Below, piece after piece: positions 29,149 to 38,778 of a DNA stretch of 64,000 nt. The first letter of the stretch is position 1; every line of letters begins with the position of its first letter. The stretch spans positions 2,528,001-2,592,000 of the forward strand of contig OY820591.1 of the NCBI GenBank assembly GCA_963555985.3, read 5' to 3'. A program made the position numbers and the translations under genes. This stretch comes from Dehalococcoidia bacterium (GTDB taxonomy: Bacteria; Chloroflexota; Dehalococcoidia; Bin125). The notes under the pieces are model-generated. The model saw only the letters and a list, made by a program, of their open reading frames with translations, did no database searches and was not told where the DNA came from.

Positions 29149-29853
29149 TCATTCAGGCACAGCCAAGCGATCAGCATACGACTGCGCATAGAGGCTCCAA
29201 CTCGCGGCATAGACCGACAGACCCAACTTACGCGCCACGGCCAGCGAGGCCAGATTCTCCCAGCTCGTGCTGTACAACGGGATCCGCCCGGATGCCCGCA
29301 CCGCTGCGGCCTAGGCAGCTGTCACCCGCGCGGCCAGGCCCTGCCCGCGATACGGCTCCGCCGTCTCTAGGCTCGCTTCCGCTGCCTCATCTGTGCGCCT
29401 CGCGCAGCCGCAGAGACTCACTGCTTGACTGTCCACCAGAATCGCGGCCATCGGCGTGCGACCGGGCATCTCCTCCGACGTCCAGCCGCCAAAGTGACAC
29501 GCCAGCAGCGACGCATCGTCGATCAGCCCGACGTCGCTCGGCGCATCGATCTGATCGGGGAACTCCAGCGCCGGACCTGAAACGAGCTCGCCGCCTAACA
29601 GATCGCGATAGCGCTCGGCGAAGCGTGGCGGCTCACGCCAGTCTTCCAGCCGTCGCTCCTGCGCCGCCAGCTCGTCTATCTCTTCTGCAAGATTGGGGGC
29701 GACCCGTGCGCCGACCGCCCAGACCACCTCGCTTCGTCCGCGAATCAGCGTGAACGACGGCCCTGTTGCCGGCTGCGGCTCTCGGGTCGAAACGATTCGT
29801 CCCGCCCGATCGAAGCAATACAGCGTGCGCAGATGCAACGAAGGACTGCTCAC
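29149..29853 (-). pseudogene. GNAT-family acetyltransferase interrupted by an in-frame TAG
   Basis: LETAEPYRGQGLAARVTAA, TAG at 29311-29313, then AAAVRASGRIPLYSTSWENLASLAVARKLGL continuing in frame to TGA at 29149. Confidence 0.75.
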
Positions 29854-31322
29854 GCCTGGCCGAGCCAGCCTGGATCGAGCAATCGGCGCACTGTTTCGAC
29901 TGCCTCCGTCTTGTCGTAGCGGAGGTAGGACTGGGACTTGGAGACTTGCTGGTCTCCGAAGAAGAAGCGCTCGTAGAGTTCCTGGCGACCCGCGAACGAC
30001 GTACCCACCACATCCCAGGCGAGCCGGAAGAGCGGCACCTTGTCGATGTCTTCCTCGATCATGTCGGCGGCGCCCTTGAAATAGCGCTCAACCGCTGGCC
30101 CGACCGCCTCGGTGATCGCTGCCATGTTGGCCTGCGAGGGCGCGGCCATGAAGTTGCTGCCGCCGATCTGCTTGATGTGGTCGATGATCTGCACGTAGTA
30201 CTCGGGGAAGAGCCGCAGTCCGGCAGTGATCGCGTTGGCGTTGCAGTACCAGACGCCGTTGTCGGGATTCTCGACTGCGCCTTCGACTGCGGCGATCGCG
30301 ATCGACTCCAGGGTCTGGAGCATCGTCACGATCTCGCCGAGGCGAATCTGGACGTTGATGAACGAGTTGGTCTGCGCGTTCTCGGCGATCAGGTGCGCCA
30401 GCCCCAACAGGAAGCGGGTCTTGGCGACATTCTTGACGATCACGTGGTGACCCAGCGATTCCTGGAAGCGCATGGCCATGAGCACACTGTTATGGATCCG
30501 TTCGTCCTCGAAGTCGAACACGTTCTCCCAGGGGACTTCTACATCGTCGAAGACGGCGACAGTGTCGATCTCCTCGAAGCGGCTGGAGATCGGGTAGTCG
30601 CGGGTGGAGCGGGCCGGATCGAACGAGTCGCGGCAGACCCAGTGCAAACCCGGTGCGTCGACTGGAATGGTGAAGCCGAGCGCGTACTTGAGCTCGGTTT
30701 CGCCCTTAATGATCGGCAGACCGAAGGAGACGTTCTCGTCGGAGAAGGGGGCGAGCGTGCCCAGCACCCGTGATCCGCGCACGATCACGCCGTCGGCGGT
30801 GCGCTTGACGATGCCCGCGTTGAGGTAGGGTTCCTGCTCGCCCAGTGGCGTCTTGCGGTCGATCTGGGGCGTGACGAAGGTGTGGGTGAGGCAAACGTCG
30901 TTGCGGCGGCAGTGGTCGAGGATGGCGACGGTGTGCTCGCCCAGCTCGGGGTCTTGCTGTCCCCAATGATGCGCAGCGGCGGCGACGCCGACCATGGCAG
31001 CGTTCATGTAATCGGGCGCGCGTCCCAGTTGTCCGCCGGTGTGTTCGGCCCAGGCGGCGAAGGCGGCGCCTCGCTCGCGCAGATCCTGCTTGGAGCGGGG
31101 CACCTTAAACGAGAGATGCGAGCGCTCGCCGTCTTCGTCTTCGTAGGAGATCAGATCGCGGACGGCGGGATCGCACTGGAAGTCGTAGTAGCCGGCGATC
31201 GTGCGGGCGGCGTTGGCGAAGCCGGGCGCGCTGCTGACGTCGTCGACCAGCGCGCCGTTGTGCCAGATACGGCGGTTATCCTGCAGCCCGGCCAGATAGG
31301 CCGCGCCGTCGCGCATCGCCAT
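29850..31322 (-). CDS. 4-hydroxyphenylacetate 3-hydroxylase family monooxygenase, oxygenase component
   Basis: LGRAPDY, HTFVTPQIDR, SRFEEID, VFDDVEVPWE, FAGRQELYERFF. Confidence 0.9.
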   Translation of the reverse strand: MAMRDGAAYLAGLQDNRRIWHNGALVDDVSSAPGFANAARTIAGYYDFQCDPAVRDLISYEDEDGERSHLSFKVPRSKQDLRERGAAFAAWAEHTGGQLGRAPDYMNAAMVGVAAAAHHWGQQDPELGEHTVAILDHCRRNDVCLTHTFVTPQIDRKTPLGEQEPYLNAGIVKRTADGVIVRGSRVLGTLAPFSDENVSFGLPIIKGETELKYALGFTIPVDAPGLHWVCRDSFDPARSTRDYPISSRFEEIDTVAVFDDVEVPWENVFDFEDERIHNSVLMAMRFQESLGHHVIVKNVAKTRFLLGLAHLIAENAQTNSFINVQIRLGEIVTMLQTLESIAIAAVEGAVENPDNGVWYCNANAITAGLRLFPEYYVQIIDHIKQIGGSNFMAAPSQANMAAITEAVGPAVERYFKGAADMIEEDIDKVPLFRLAWDVVGTSFAGRQELYERFFFGDQQVSKSQSYLRYDKTEAVETVRRLLDPGWLGQA

Positions 31323-31334
31323 TGGACGATGCCT

Positions 31335-31898
31335 CTAGTCGCCGGAGCCGGGGGCGGCGAAGACGGGGGTAGGCTCGTCGACCAGTGCGGCCTCGCCCTC
31401 GGTGGGCAGAACTTCGGCGTAGTTGAGCGCGCCGTTGATGTCGGCTTCCCAGTCCTCGCGCGGGAGTTCGTAGAGCACCTCAATGCCGTGACCGTCGGGA
31501 TCGTTGATGTAGACCGAGTGGGTCATGCCGTGGTTGATGCGCAGGTTGAACTTGACGCCCTTGGCCTGGAGGAAGGCGATCTGCTTGAGCCAGGAGTCGC
31601 GGTCGGGATAGTGGACGGCGAGATGGTTGAGGCCGGGCCGCCTGGGAGCCATCGACCAGTCGCCGGATTCTTCCGATTCGCCCATGATCTCGGCGAGGGC
31701 AAGGTCGTGGTGGCTCTCGGAGAGTCCGTTGTAGAAGCGCATCTTCATCGGGCGCTCCTCGCGGTCCTTGAGCGAGCCGATGTGGCGGAAGCCCATCACC
31801 TCGGTCCAGAAATCGTGGGCGACTTCGATGTCGCGCACGTTCAAGACCAGGTGATTGACGCCGACGGGGGTCATTGCGCGGTCGGGAGCGTCGGTCAT
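31335..31898 (-). CDS. VOC/glyoxalase family protein (extradiol dioxygenase-like)
   Basis: VNHLVLNVRD, HHDLAL, LNHLA, SVYINDPDGHGIEV. Confidence 0.85.
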   Translation of the reverse strand: MTDAPDRAMTPVGVNHLVLNVRDIEVAHDFWTEVMGFRHIGSLKDREERPMKMRFYNGLSESHHDLALAEIMGESEESGDWSMAPRRPGLNHLAVHYPDRDSWLKQIAFLQAKGVKFNLRINHGMTHSVYINDPDGHGIEVLYELPREDWEADINGALNYAEVLPTEGEAALVDEPTPVFAAPGSGD

Positions 31899-31939
31899 AG
31901 TTCCAACCCTTCAGCCAGTCTGAGTCGATGGCTGTCAGT

Positions 31940-32360
31940 GTACCGATTGGGTTGGCGGTGCGGGGATCGGGAAGAATTTCGCGGGCTTGGGGCGGATCTT
32001 GCGTCGTGGGTTGGGAATTCTCGCCCGAAGTGTTCCGGCTTGTTTCATGTTGTTTCATTTTGTTTCACCTAGTTCGGATCAGGTCGAGGTGTGTTTGAGG
32101 AGGAGCGGTTGAGTTCGGGGAGGTTCGTACGGGTTTGAGGGGCTGAATGGATATCGCGGGCGTCTGGGAAGGCGCGGGGGACGAGCGGCGAACAATCTCC
32201 CGGAGCAGGCCCGAAAAAAAAAACGGCGAGCGGTGTTCAGGTTTGTTCAGGATGATCGGCCTCGCTTGGGGATGAACACGTGAGCGGTACTGGAGTGCTG
32301 TTTAGCATAGGTTGTCGGCGCGGTTGAGGTGGTGGTTTGGTGTGGTGTGGGTGACAGCGG
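31940..32360 (-). mobile_element. Non-coding copy of the dispersed 10-bp-phased repeat element
   Basis: tgtttcatgt tgtttcattt tgtttcacct (32041-32070) is the reverse complement of the 62001 array; tgttcaggtttgttcagg at 32234. Confidence 0.55.
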
Positions 32361-32421
32361 GTGGCTAGGGCGGCTCGGTCCGCCCTCTCCCCTATTCGCG
32401 GCATCTCCCTCCCCGCCTGCG

Positions 32422-32616
32422 GAGAACTTTGCGAAAGTCGCGATCTCCTCTCCCCCCGCAGTGCGGGGGGAGACGTCGCGCAGCGACAGAGGGGGGTCCC
32501 CGATCCCGACCAGAGCTAGTCGTTGTGCGACAGTAATCGTCCCGGACCCCCCTCTGCCTTCGGCATCCCCCCCCCGCACTGCGGGGGAGAGTTTCCCTGC
32601 GCGGGGACAGGTTCTC
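32422..32616. mobile_element. MITE-like wrapper (GAGAAC...GTTCTC) containing an inverted REP-A pair
   Basis: Left end gagaactttgcgaaa; REP-A at 32449-32499 and inverted at 32544-32590; right end aggttctc. Confidence 0.6.
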
Positions 32617-32681
32617 AAGGGGAGATCGATTGTGCTTTACGAGCAGGTCTCCGGTGGGGGAGAGGGTTGTTCGGCGCTTGC

Positions 32682-33632
32682 TTAGCTTTTGAGCGCGGAG
32701 CCGGTGCGGAGGGCGGTGAGAGCTTGGGCGGCGGCTTCGCTTTCGGGGCCGTGTTGATCCACGGCGGTGACGAAGTCTTCGAAGCGGCGGGCGGTGAGCA
32801 GCATTCGCACGCGGCGGAAGAGGGCGGCATCGGCCTGGGAGCCTCGTTCTCCGTATTCGGCCATCACTCGCCAGCTGAGGTCGGTTCCGTAGGTTTGAAC
32901 GAGGGCGGCGAAATCGAGCGCGGGATCGGCGGCTCGGGCGGTATGCCAGCCTTCGACGGCGGTGAGTTCGCGGACCAGGGGATCCGTGCGCAGACGCTCG
33001 GCGGTGATCCCGCCGTGGACGAGGGCGGGTTCGTAGTTCCAGAGCGTCTGATCCTCGAGGTAGCGGGCCCACCAGCGGCGGGCGCGGCCGAGCTCGGTCA
33101 GACCCAGCAGAGGACGGAGCAGGGAGAGGCTGCGGCGGCTCAAGTCCTCCTGGCGCGAGCGCCAAGCGCGGGCGGGAGCGACGCCCAGTGCGCGGGCGCG
33201 CTCGACCGAGAATCCGTGCAACTCGTGCAGGAAACGGGCGAGCTCGCGCACGAGACGCTCGCGGTTTTCATCGGTGATCCGCTCCGGGTGCAGAGGTGTT
33301 CCTTCCAGCGTGCGTTCGGGGTCGGTCGCGCGCCAGCCCCAGCGCCAGGGACCGATCGGGCCGCCCGAGCGCGACCAGATCGGCACGGCGGGGCTGACGA
33401 AGCCGCGCACGTGCGGCAACAACGCGGCCTCCATCGAAAGCCGCTTGGCCGCGTCCTCGGAGCGGGGGAAGACGGCGGTGCCCGCGTCCCAATCCGCGCG
33501 GACGAACTCGCCCTCGGCGTCCTCGCTCACGCTCAGATCGTCGGCGCGGAGCTCGGGGAATTCGCCGGCGAGCGCAAAGGCGCACTCGGCCTGCAATTCC
33601 TCGGTCATTGTCTGCGCTGCGCCAATTGCCAT
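32682..33632 (-). CDS. Aminoglycoside phosphotransferase/choline kinase-fold protein with degenerate active site
   Basis: VFPRS...EAALL, ELARFLHELH, PALVHGG (for HGD), ADPALDFA. Confidence 0.7.
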   Translation of the reverse strand: MAIGAAQTMTEELQAECAFALAGEFPELRADDLSVSEDAEGEFVRADWDAGTAVFPRSEDAAKRLSMEAALLPHVRGFVSPAVPIWSRSGGPIGPWRWGWRATDPERTLEGTPLHPERITDENRERLVRELARFLHELHGFSVERARALGVAPARAWRSRQEDLSRRSLSLLRPLLGLTELGRARRWWARYLEDQTLWNYEPALVHGGITAERLRTDPLVRELTAVEGWHTARAADPALDFAALVQTYGTDLSWRVMAEYGERGSQADAALFRRVRMLLTARRFEDFVTAVDQHGPESEAAAQALTALRTGSALKS

Positions 33633-33641
33633 GGGAGGAGT

Positions 33642-34919
33642 TTATCCCCCGTCCGGCAAATCGCTCTCCGCCTCTACCGCTTCCGTTTCAGTCGAGGCCG
33701 CCAATGCAGCCGGGAGCGGCGGGCGTTCGTCAGCGAGCCACTGCAAGGGATCGACATCCACCCCGCGCACGATCACTTCCCAATGCAAGTGCGGCCCGGT
33801 CGATAAGCCGGTGCTGCCGATGTTGCCGAGCCAATCGCCGGGTTCGACTTCGGTACCCACGCGCACGCCGATCCAGGACATATGCCAATAGCCGCTGTAG
33901 ACGCCCGCGCCGTGATCGAGGATCACGCCCAACCCGTGCAGGGCCAAGTCTCCGGTCCAGACGACCAGACCGCGCGCCGGGGCGAGAATCCAGTCGCCGT
34001 GATTGGCGGCGATGTCGTGACCGTGATGCCATTGGTCGCTCATCACGCCGTTGTACATGCGCGGCGCGCCAAAGAGTCCGCTGTCCACTCCCTCCACCGG
34101 ACGACGCCAAGCGCCGCTCCAAAGCGGCGGCCCGCTCACTGCTATGTGTTCGACGAAGCGGACATCGTGATCGCGCTGAATGGCCTCGGCGTCGGCTTCG
34201 AGCGGAGTGCCGCCGAGCGCGATCCGCTCCAGCGGCGCTTCGTTCTCGCGTACGGTCAGGCCGCCGGTGAGCGTCCGCAGCCGCCGTCCTTCCGCATTGC
34301 GTATGTCCACGGTGACGGCATAGAAGCCGAGCGGAGTATCGCGGCGTACGCCCAAGACGGCCCAGGACTCGTCTCCATAGGTACGCAGTCTGACCGGCGG
34401 CCAGAGTTCGGAAGCGCCGCGCACGGTGGCGAGGATCGTTCCGCCTGCATCCGGGGCGTCGACTGTGAGCACGATCGCCTCGCCCTGGCGCACCGAGGAT
34501 GGCGTCACGGTCAGCGTGACGGGAGTCAGGATCTCCCGCGCCGCGGGAGGTTCGTCGAGACTGTTCGGCGGTTCGGCGCGGCTTGCGGCGTCCGTCCGGC
34601 GATCAGCAGCAGGCGCGGCAGTCGGCGGCGGCGCGATCTCATTGGCCTGCGCGGGTTCGGGCGGTGCGGGAGGAGCGGGCGATTCGACTGGTTCCGGTAC
34701 CGAGGCTTCAGTTCGAGCAACAGCCGGTTCCGCGCGCGGCGCGGCCTGCGCTTCAGCGGTCGCGGTGTCCGCGGCAGCTTGCCGAACCGTCTCCGATTCG
34801 GTCCTGGCCTCGTCCACGACTTGCGCGGGTTGGCTGACGGTCTCCTGAGCGGGGGAGCTGCGCAGCCACAGAGCGCCGCCCGCCCCGATCGCGGCGGCGA
34901 CGACCGCCAATACCATCAC
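33642..34919 (-). CDS. M23 family metallopeptidase, membrane-anchored
   Basis: HHGHDIA (HxxxD), STGPHLHWEV (HxH); N-terminal TM and Pro/Ala linker. Start uncertain. Confidence 0.88.
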   Translation of the reverse strand: MMVLAVVAAAIGAGGALWLRSSPAQETVSQPAQVVDEARTESETVRQAAADTATAEAQAAPRAEPAVARTEASVPEPVESPAPPAPPEPAQANEIAPPPTAAPAADRRTDAASRAEPPNSLDEPPAAREILTPVTLTVTPSSVRQGEAIVLTVDAPDAGGTILATVRGASELWPPVRLRTYGDESWAVLGVRRDTPLGFYAVTVDIRNAEGRRLRTLTGGLTVRENEAPLERIALGGTPLEADAEAIQRDHDVRFVEHIAVSGPPLWSGAWRRPVEGVDSGLFGAPRMYNGVMSDQWHHGHDIAANHGDWILAPARGLVVWTGDLALHGLGVILDHGAGVYSGYWHMSWIGVRVGTEVEPGDWLGNIGSTGLSTGPHLHWEVIVRGVDVDPLQWLADERPPLPAALAASTETEAVEAESDLPDGG

Positions 34920-35027
34920 CAGGAACAGCCAGCGCAGACTCAGGCCGATCCCCCCGTCACACGCGCCTAGAGTTGGATGATGCCGCCCGCGCTCATACGC
35001 TCACTCTAGGACAGACCGGAGCCGTCG

Positions 35028-35462
35028 TTGAGCACACTGTCTTCTCCCAGCGTGACCGCCGCACTTCGTCAGCGCGATGCGTTGCTGCGCGGAGGCGAAC
35101 GCATCCCGAAACCGTGGGGCGCGGAATTGATCCTGGGACGCGGCCCGGAATCGACCGCCAAGCTGTTGCGAATCGACCCCGGCCGCCGGCTCTCGCTGCA
35201 ATATCACCGCGCCAAATCGGAGACGCTGCTCGTGCTCAGCGGCGAAGTTGAGTTGACCATCGGCGAACGGGTTGAACAGCTGCTCACGCGCCGGTTGTAT
35301 CCGGGCGAGCGAATACACATTCCCGCGCGCACGATTCACCGGCTCGCGGCGCACGGCCCAACATCGGCCGAGATTCTCGAAGTCGCCTCGCATCCACCCG
35401 ATCCGGCTCATGCGCCCGACGACGACATCGTTCGTCTGGCCGACGACTTCGGGCGGGTTTGA
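35028..35462 (+). CDS. Cupin domain protein (mannose-6-phosphate isomerase type II C-terminal-like)
   Basis: KPWG, RLSLQYHRAKSET, TIHRL, DDIVRLADDFGR. Confidence 0.8.
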   Translation: MSTLSSPSVTAALRQRDALLRGGERIPKPWGAELILGRGPESTAKLLRIDPGRRLSLQYHRAKSETLLVLSGEVELTIGERVEQLLTRRLYPGERIHIPARTIHRLAAHGPTSAEILEVASHPPDPAHAPDDDIVRLADDFGRV

Positions 35463-36022
35463 GCCGAGCGCACGCACTCGCAAAGAAGACGCCTGTGCCG
35501 CAGGACAGCCTCTACGCGCGGATCGTTCAAGGCGACGAGGACGCGCTGCGCGAGAGCTGGCGTCTGCATGGCCGCCGCGCGCGCGATCTGGCGCGCCGGA
35601 TCGCAGGCCCCGCTCATGCCGCTGTGATCGTCGAAGAAGTGTTGTTGTTGATCTGGGCCAAGCCCGAGCGTTGGGCCGCCGATCCGTTTGATCTGCACCT
35701 GTTGCGGCTAGTGCGCGATCTGGCGCTGATCGTGCGCCGGCGGGGGCTCACGCCGCGGCAGGCGGTGCGCGAACTTCGGCCCGCGCCAATCGAGGCCGAC
35801 GCAGAGTCGGCGCGGCTCGCGGTCATGCTCGATCATCAGCTTGGCCAGAGCATCGTGCTGCAACTGAGCGATCTGGAGCGGACGGCGCTCGAAGCAGCCT
35901 GGTTCGAGGGAATGCCGCCGGCGCAGCTCGGCGAGCTGCTTGGATGCTCTGTAGACGAAGCGTTGCAGGCGCTGGACAGCGCGCTGGATCGCTTTGCCGC
36001 ACTGATGCGAGACCTCCAGTGA
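35459..36022 (+). CDS. Divergent ECF sigma factor (SigK-like)
   Basis: GDEDALRE, VEEVLLLIW, LSDLERTALEAAWFEGM..QLGELLG (region 4); adjacent anti-sigma. Confidence 0.65.
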   Translation: MSRAHALAKKTPVPQDSLYARIVQGDEDALRESWRLHGRRARDLARRIAGPAHAAVIVEEVLLLIWAKPERWAADPFDLHLLRLVRDLALIVRRRGLTPRQAVRELRPAPIEADAESARLAVMLDHQLGQSIVLQLSDLERTALEAAWFEGMPPAQLGELLGCSVDEALQALDSALDRFAALMRDLQ

Positions 36023-36747
36023 GCGAATCTTCCGGCACGGTCGAAGGCGACCACGGGCTTGACCCGGAGCGGTTGCTCTCCGCCTGGGCGTTGGGGTTGC
36101 TGGACTCCGATGCGGCGGCAGCGGTAGAGCGGGCGGTGCGTTCAACTCCCGCGCTGCGGCGGCGGGCGCGGCGGCTCGCGGCTACTGCGGCGGCCGCGAG
36201 TGTGACCACGACGCCGCACGAAGACGAATCGGCGATGCCGCAGATCGAGCTGCGTCTGGTGCAGCGCGCGCGCGACGCGCGCCCGCCTGCGGTTCGGGTG
36301 CGCCCGGCCGCGCGCGCGCTGGTCCGAGTGGTGCCCTGGCTGGCGGCGCTCGGCGTGATTGCGCTGGTGGTGATCTTCGGCTGGCTCGCGTTCCAGCCGC
36401 AGGATCCGATCTCCGGGCGCGCGGTTGCGTTGAGCGAAGACGGCGCGACCGGGGTGCTGCTGCCGCGCTATGAAGCGCGCGGCTTTGCGCTGGTCTTCTG
36501 GGGGCTGCCCGAACTGGAAGCAGACGAAAGCTGGCAGCTCTGGTACGTGCGCGAATCGGGCGCGGTTGAGCCGGGTCCGGCCATCGAGCGCGACGACGAG
36601 GGCCGCGCTGCGATCACGCTCAACCCGAACGAGCTCGAGACTGACGATCCATTGATTGGGTTTGCGGTCTCCCGCGATGTTCCCGCGCGGCGCTCCGGAG
36701 AAACGCCGTCGCGCGACGACATCCTGTACCAATTCCCCAGCCGGTAG
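36019..36747 (+). CDS. Anti-sigma factor (RskA-like)
   Basis: LLSAWALGLLD, single TM, GLPEL...WQLW, FAVS; GTGA overlap with the sigma gene. Confidence 0.75.
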   Translation: MSESSGTVEGDHGLDPERLLSAWALGLLDSDAAAAVERAVRSTPALRRRARRLAATAAAASVTTTPHEDESAMPQIELRLVQRARDARPPAVRVRPAARALVRVVPWLAALGVIALVVIFGWLAFQPQDPISGRAVALSEDGATGVLLPRYEARGFALVFWGLPELEADESWQLWYVRESGAVEPGPAIERDDEGRAAITLNPNELETDDPLIGFAVSRDVPARRSGETPSRDDILYQFPSR

Positions 36748-36819
36748 CAGAGCGCGGGTACACTGCCAGTCAGGAACAGATACGTCCGCAACCGCATACG
36801 GAAAGCGAGCAATTCTGCG

Positions 36820-37992
36820 ATGGTCGACTTTGAATTCAGCTCCGATCAGGAAGCCTGGCGCAGCGAGATCCGCGGCTGGATCCGCGAAGAGTTCGGCGAC
36901 GACTGGAACGGCCTCGATGTCGCCAACGATGAGGAAGGCTCGAACGAGGCTTGGGAATTCGCCAAGGGCGTGCGCACCAAGCTGGCCGCGAAGGGCTGGA
37001 CCGCACCCGCCTGGCCGGGCGAGCACGGCGGGATGGGACTCTCGTTTGCGGAGCAGGCGATTTTCAACGAGGAACTCGCCTATCACCGCGTGCCCGGACC
37101 CGACCTGATCTCGGTCGGCTATGTCGGGCCGACGCTCTTGGTCTACGGCACCGACCAGCAGAAAGAGTCGTACCTCGACGACATCGTGAATTCGCGCGTG
37201 TCCTGGTGCCAGGGCTACTCCGAGCCGGGCTCAGGCTCCGACCTCGCCTCGCTCCAGACTCGCGCCGTCCGCGACGGCGACGACTACGTGATCAACGGTC
37301 AGAAGATCTGGACCTCCAACGCCCACCGCGCCGACTGGATGTTCGCGCTCGTGCGCACCGATCCGGATGCGCCCAAGCATCGCGGGATCACCTACCTGCT
37401 GGTCGATATGAAGACGCCCGGGATCACCGTGCGCCCGCTGATCAACATGCTCGGCGGGCACGGCTTCAACGAAGTCTTCTTCGAGGATGTGCGCGTCCCG
37501 GTCGAGAATCGAGTGGGCGAGGAGAACCGCGGCTGGTACGTCGGTATGGCCACGATGGACTTCGAGCGTTCGGCGCTTTCGGGTTCGGCCGCGCTGCGAC
37601 GCAACTTCGAGGACTTCATCGGCTACCTCAGCGACAACCCCGCGACCGAGCGGCGGATCAAGGTAGGCGTCGCCGACACCGCGATCAATATCGAGGTCTC
37701 GCGGATGCTCTCCCTGCGCGTGCTCTCGATGCAGCAGGGCGGACTCGCGCCCAACCATGAAGCGTCGGTGGCGAAGATGTTCAGCTCCGAGCTCTCGCAG
37801 CGCTTCGCCCGCTTCGGCGTCAACGTGATGGGACAGTTCGGCGCGATTCGCAAGGGCGATCCCTATTCGCAGATGCAGGGTTGGTTCACCGAGCAATACA
37901 TGTCCTCGGTGCCGGCCACGATCGCGGGCGGTTCGTCGGAGATTCAGCGCGGGATCATCGCCACGCGCGGTCTGGGATTGCCGCGCGCCTAG
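36820..37992 (+). CDS. Acyl-CoA dehydrogenase
   Basis: WCQGYSEPGSGSDLASL, NGQKIWTS, FNEVFFEDV, TIAGGSSEIQR. Confidence 0.93.
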   Translation: MVDFEFSSDQEAWRSEIRGWIREEFGDDWNGLDVANDEEGSNEAWEFAKGVRTKLAAKGWTAPAWPGEHGGMGLSFAEQAIFNEELAYHRVPGPDLISVGYVGPTLLVYGTDQQKESYLDDIVNSRVSWCQGYSEPGSGSDLASLQTRAVRDGDDYVINGQKIWTSNAHRADWMFALVRTDPDAPKHRGITYLLVDMKTPGITVRPLINMLGGHGFNEVFFEDVRVPVENRVGEENRGWYVGMATMDFERSALSGSAALRRNFEDFIGYLSDNPATERRIKVGVADTAINIEVSRMLSLRVLSMQQGGLAPNHEASVAKMFSSELSQRFARFGVNVMGQFGAIRKGDPYSQMQGWFTEQYMSSVPATIAGGSSEIQRGIIATRGLGLPRA

Positions 37993-38027
37993 TGCGGCGG
38001 CGCACCGGCAATCGCTAACCTGACCTC

Positions 38028-38768
38028 ATGAGCGATACACCGGACCAGGAAGTCGGCGAGGAGGCGGCTGCGTACGAGCCGTCGCCGGACGATTACTTCC
38101 AGGCCAAGGAGGCGGGCTTCAGCGATCCGCAGGCGCAGTTTCTGCTGCGCCGCTTCGGACAGCCGGGGCCAGACCCGACAACGATCGCGATCTTGACGCA
38201 AATTCAGGCGCGGCTGGATCAGCAGCAGCAAACCAACCTCGAAATCCTGACGCGCCTGAATCGGTTGGAGGGCCAGCGGGAAGCCGACCGCGAGCAGTAT
38301 TCCCGCGATCGCGAGCAGTACGAGCATGACCGTGCAACCGATCGGGAACTGTACCTCCGCGATCGTGAAACCGATCGGGAACAGTACCTCCGCGATCGCG
38401 AGCAGTACGAGCGTGACCGTGAAGCCGATCGGGAACAATACCTCCGAGAGCGCGAAGTCGATCGGGAACAGTACCTCCGCGACCGCGAAGCCGATCGACT
38501 AGAGCGGCAGCGCGATCGCGAAACCGATCGGCTGGAGCGCCAGCGCGATCGTGAGGAATTCCTGCGGCGGTTCGCCGAACTGCGCGAGGACAACCAAGCC
38601 TTAAGCAAGCGGCTGCTTGCTGTCGAAACCGGACTCGCCGAGCTGCGCTCGGATGTGAATCATCTCAGCGAGCGCACCCTGTTCGAGAATCGCGTCTGGC
38701 GGGCGGTGGTCGGGGTTGCCGTCGCGGCCGGCGCGGTCATCGGCGGCGTGCTCGCCTTCTGGAGATAG
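38028..38768 (+). CDS. Membrane-anchored coiled-coil repeat protein (DUF1640/CCDC90-like head)
   Basis: EAGFSDPQAQ head, 11/7-residue READREQYLRD repeats, C-terminal TM. Confidence 0.7.
   Translation: MSDTPDQEVGEEAAAYEPSPDDYFQAKEAGFSDPQAQFLLRRFGQPGPDPTTIAILTQIQARLDQQQQTNLEILTRLNRLEGQREADREQYSRDREQYEHDRATDRELYLRDRETDREQYLRDREQYERDREADREQYLREREVDREQYLRDREADRLERQRDRETDRLERQRDREEFLRRFAELREDNQALSKRLLAVETGLAELRSDVNHLSERTLFENRVWRAVVGVAVAAGAVIGGVLAFWR
38277..38549 (+). repeat. Intragenic 33-bp/21-bp tandem repeats
   Basis: Units of 11,7,11,11,7,11,11,11,11 aa. Confidence 0.8.
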
Positions 38769-38778
38769 TCACCGCCCC

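Noticed and set aside
29311-29313. Pyrrolysine or genetic-code reassignment
   Set aside because: TAG is a normal stop for many genes here and no pyl genes are seen.
32214-32223. A10 tract as a terminator or phase-variation site
   Set aside because: No adjacent strong hairpin and not in a coding region or evident promoter.
32682-33632. Aminoglycoside resistance gene
   Set aside because: The catalytic Asp residues are missing.
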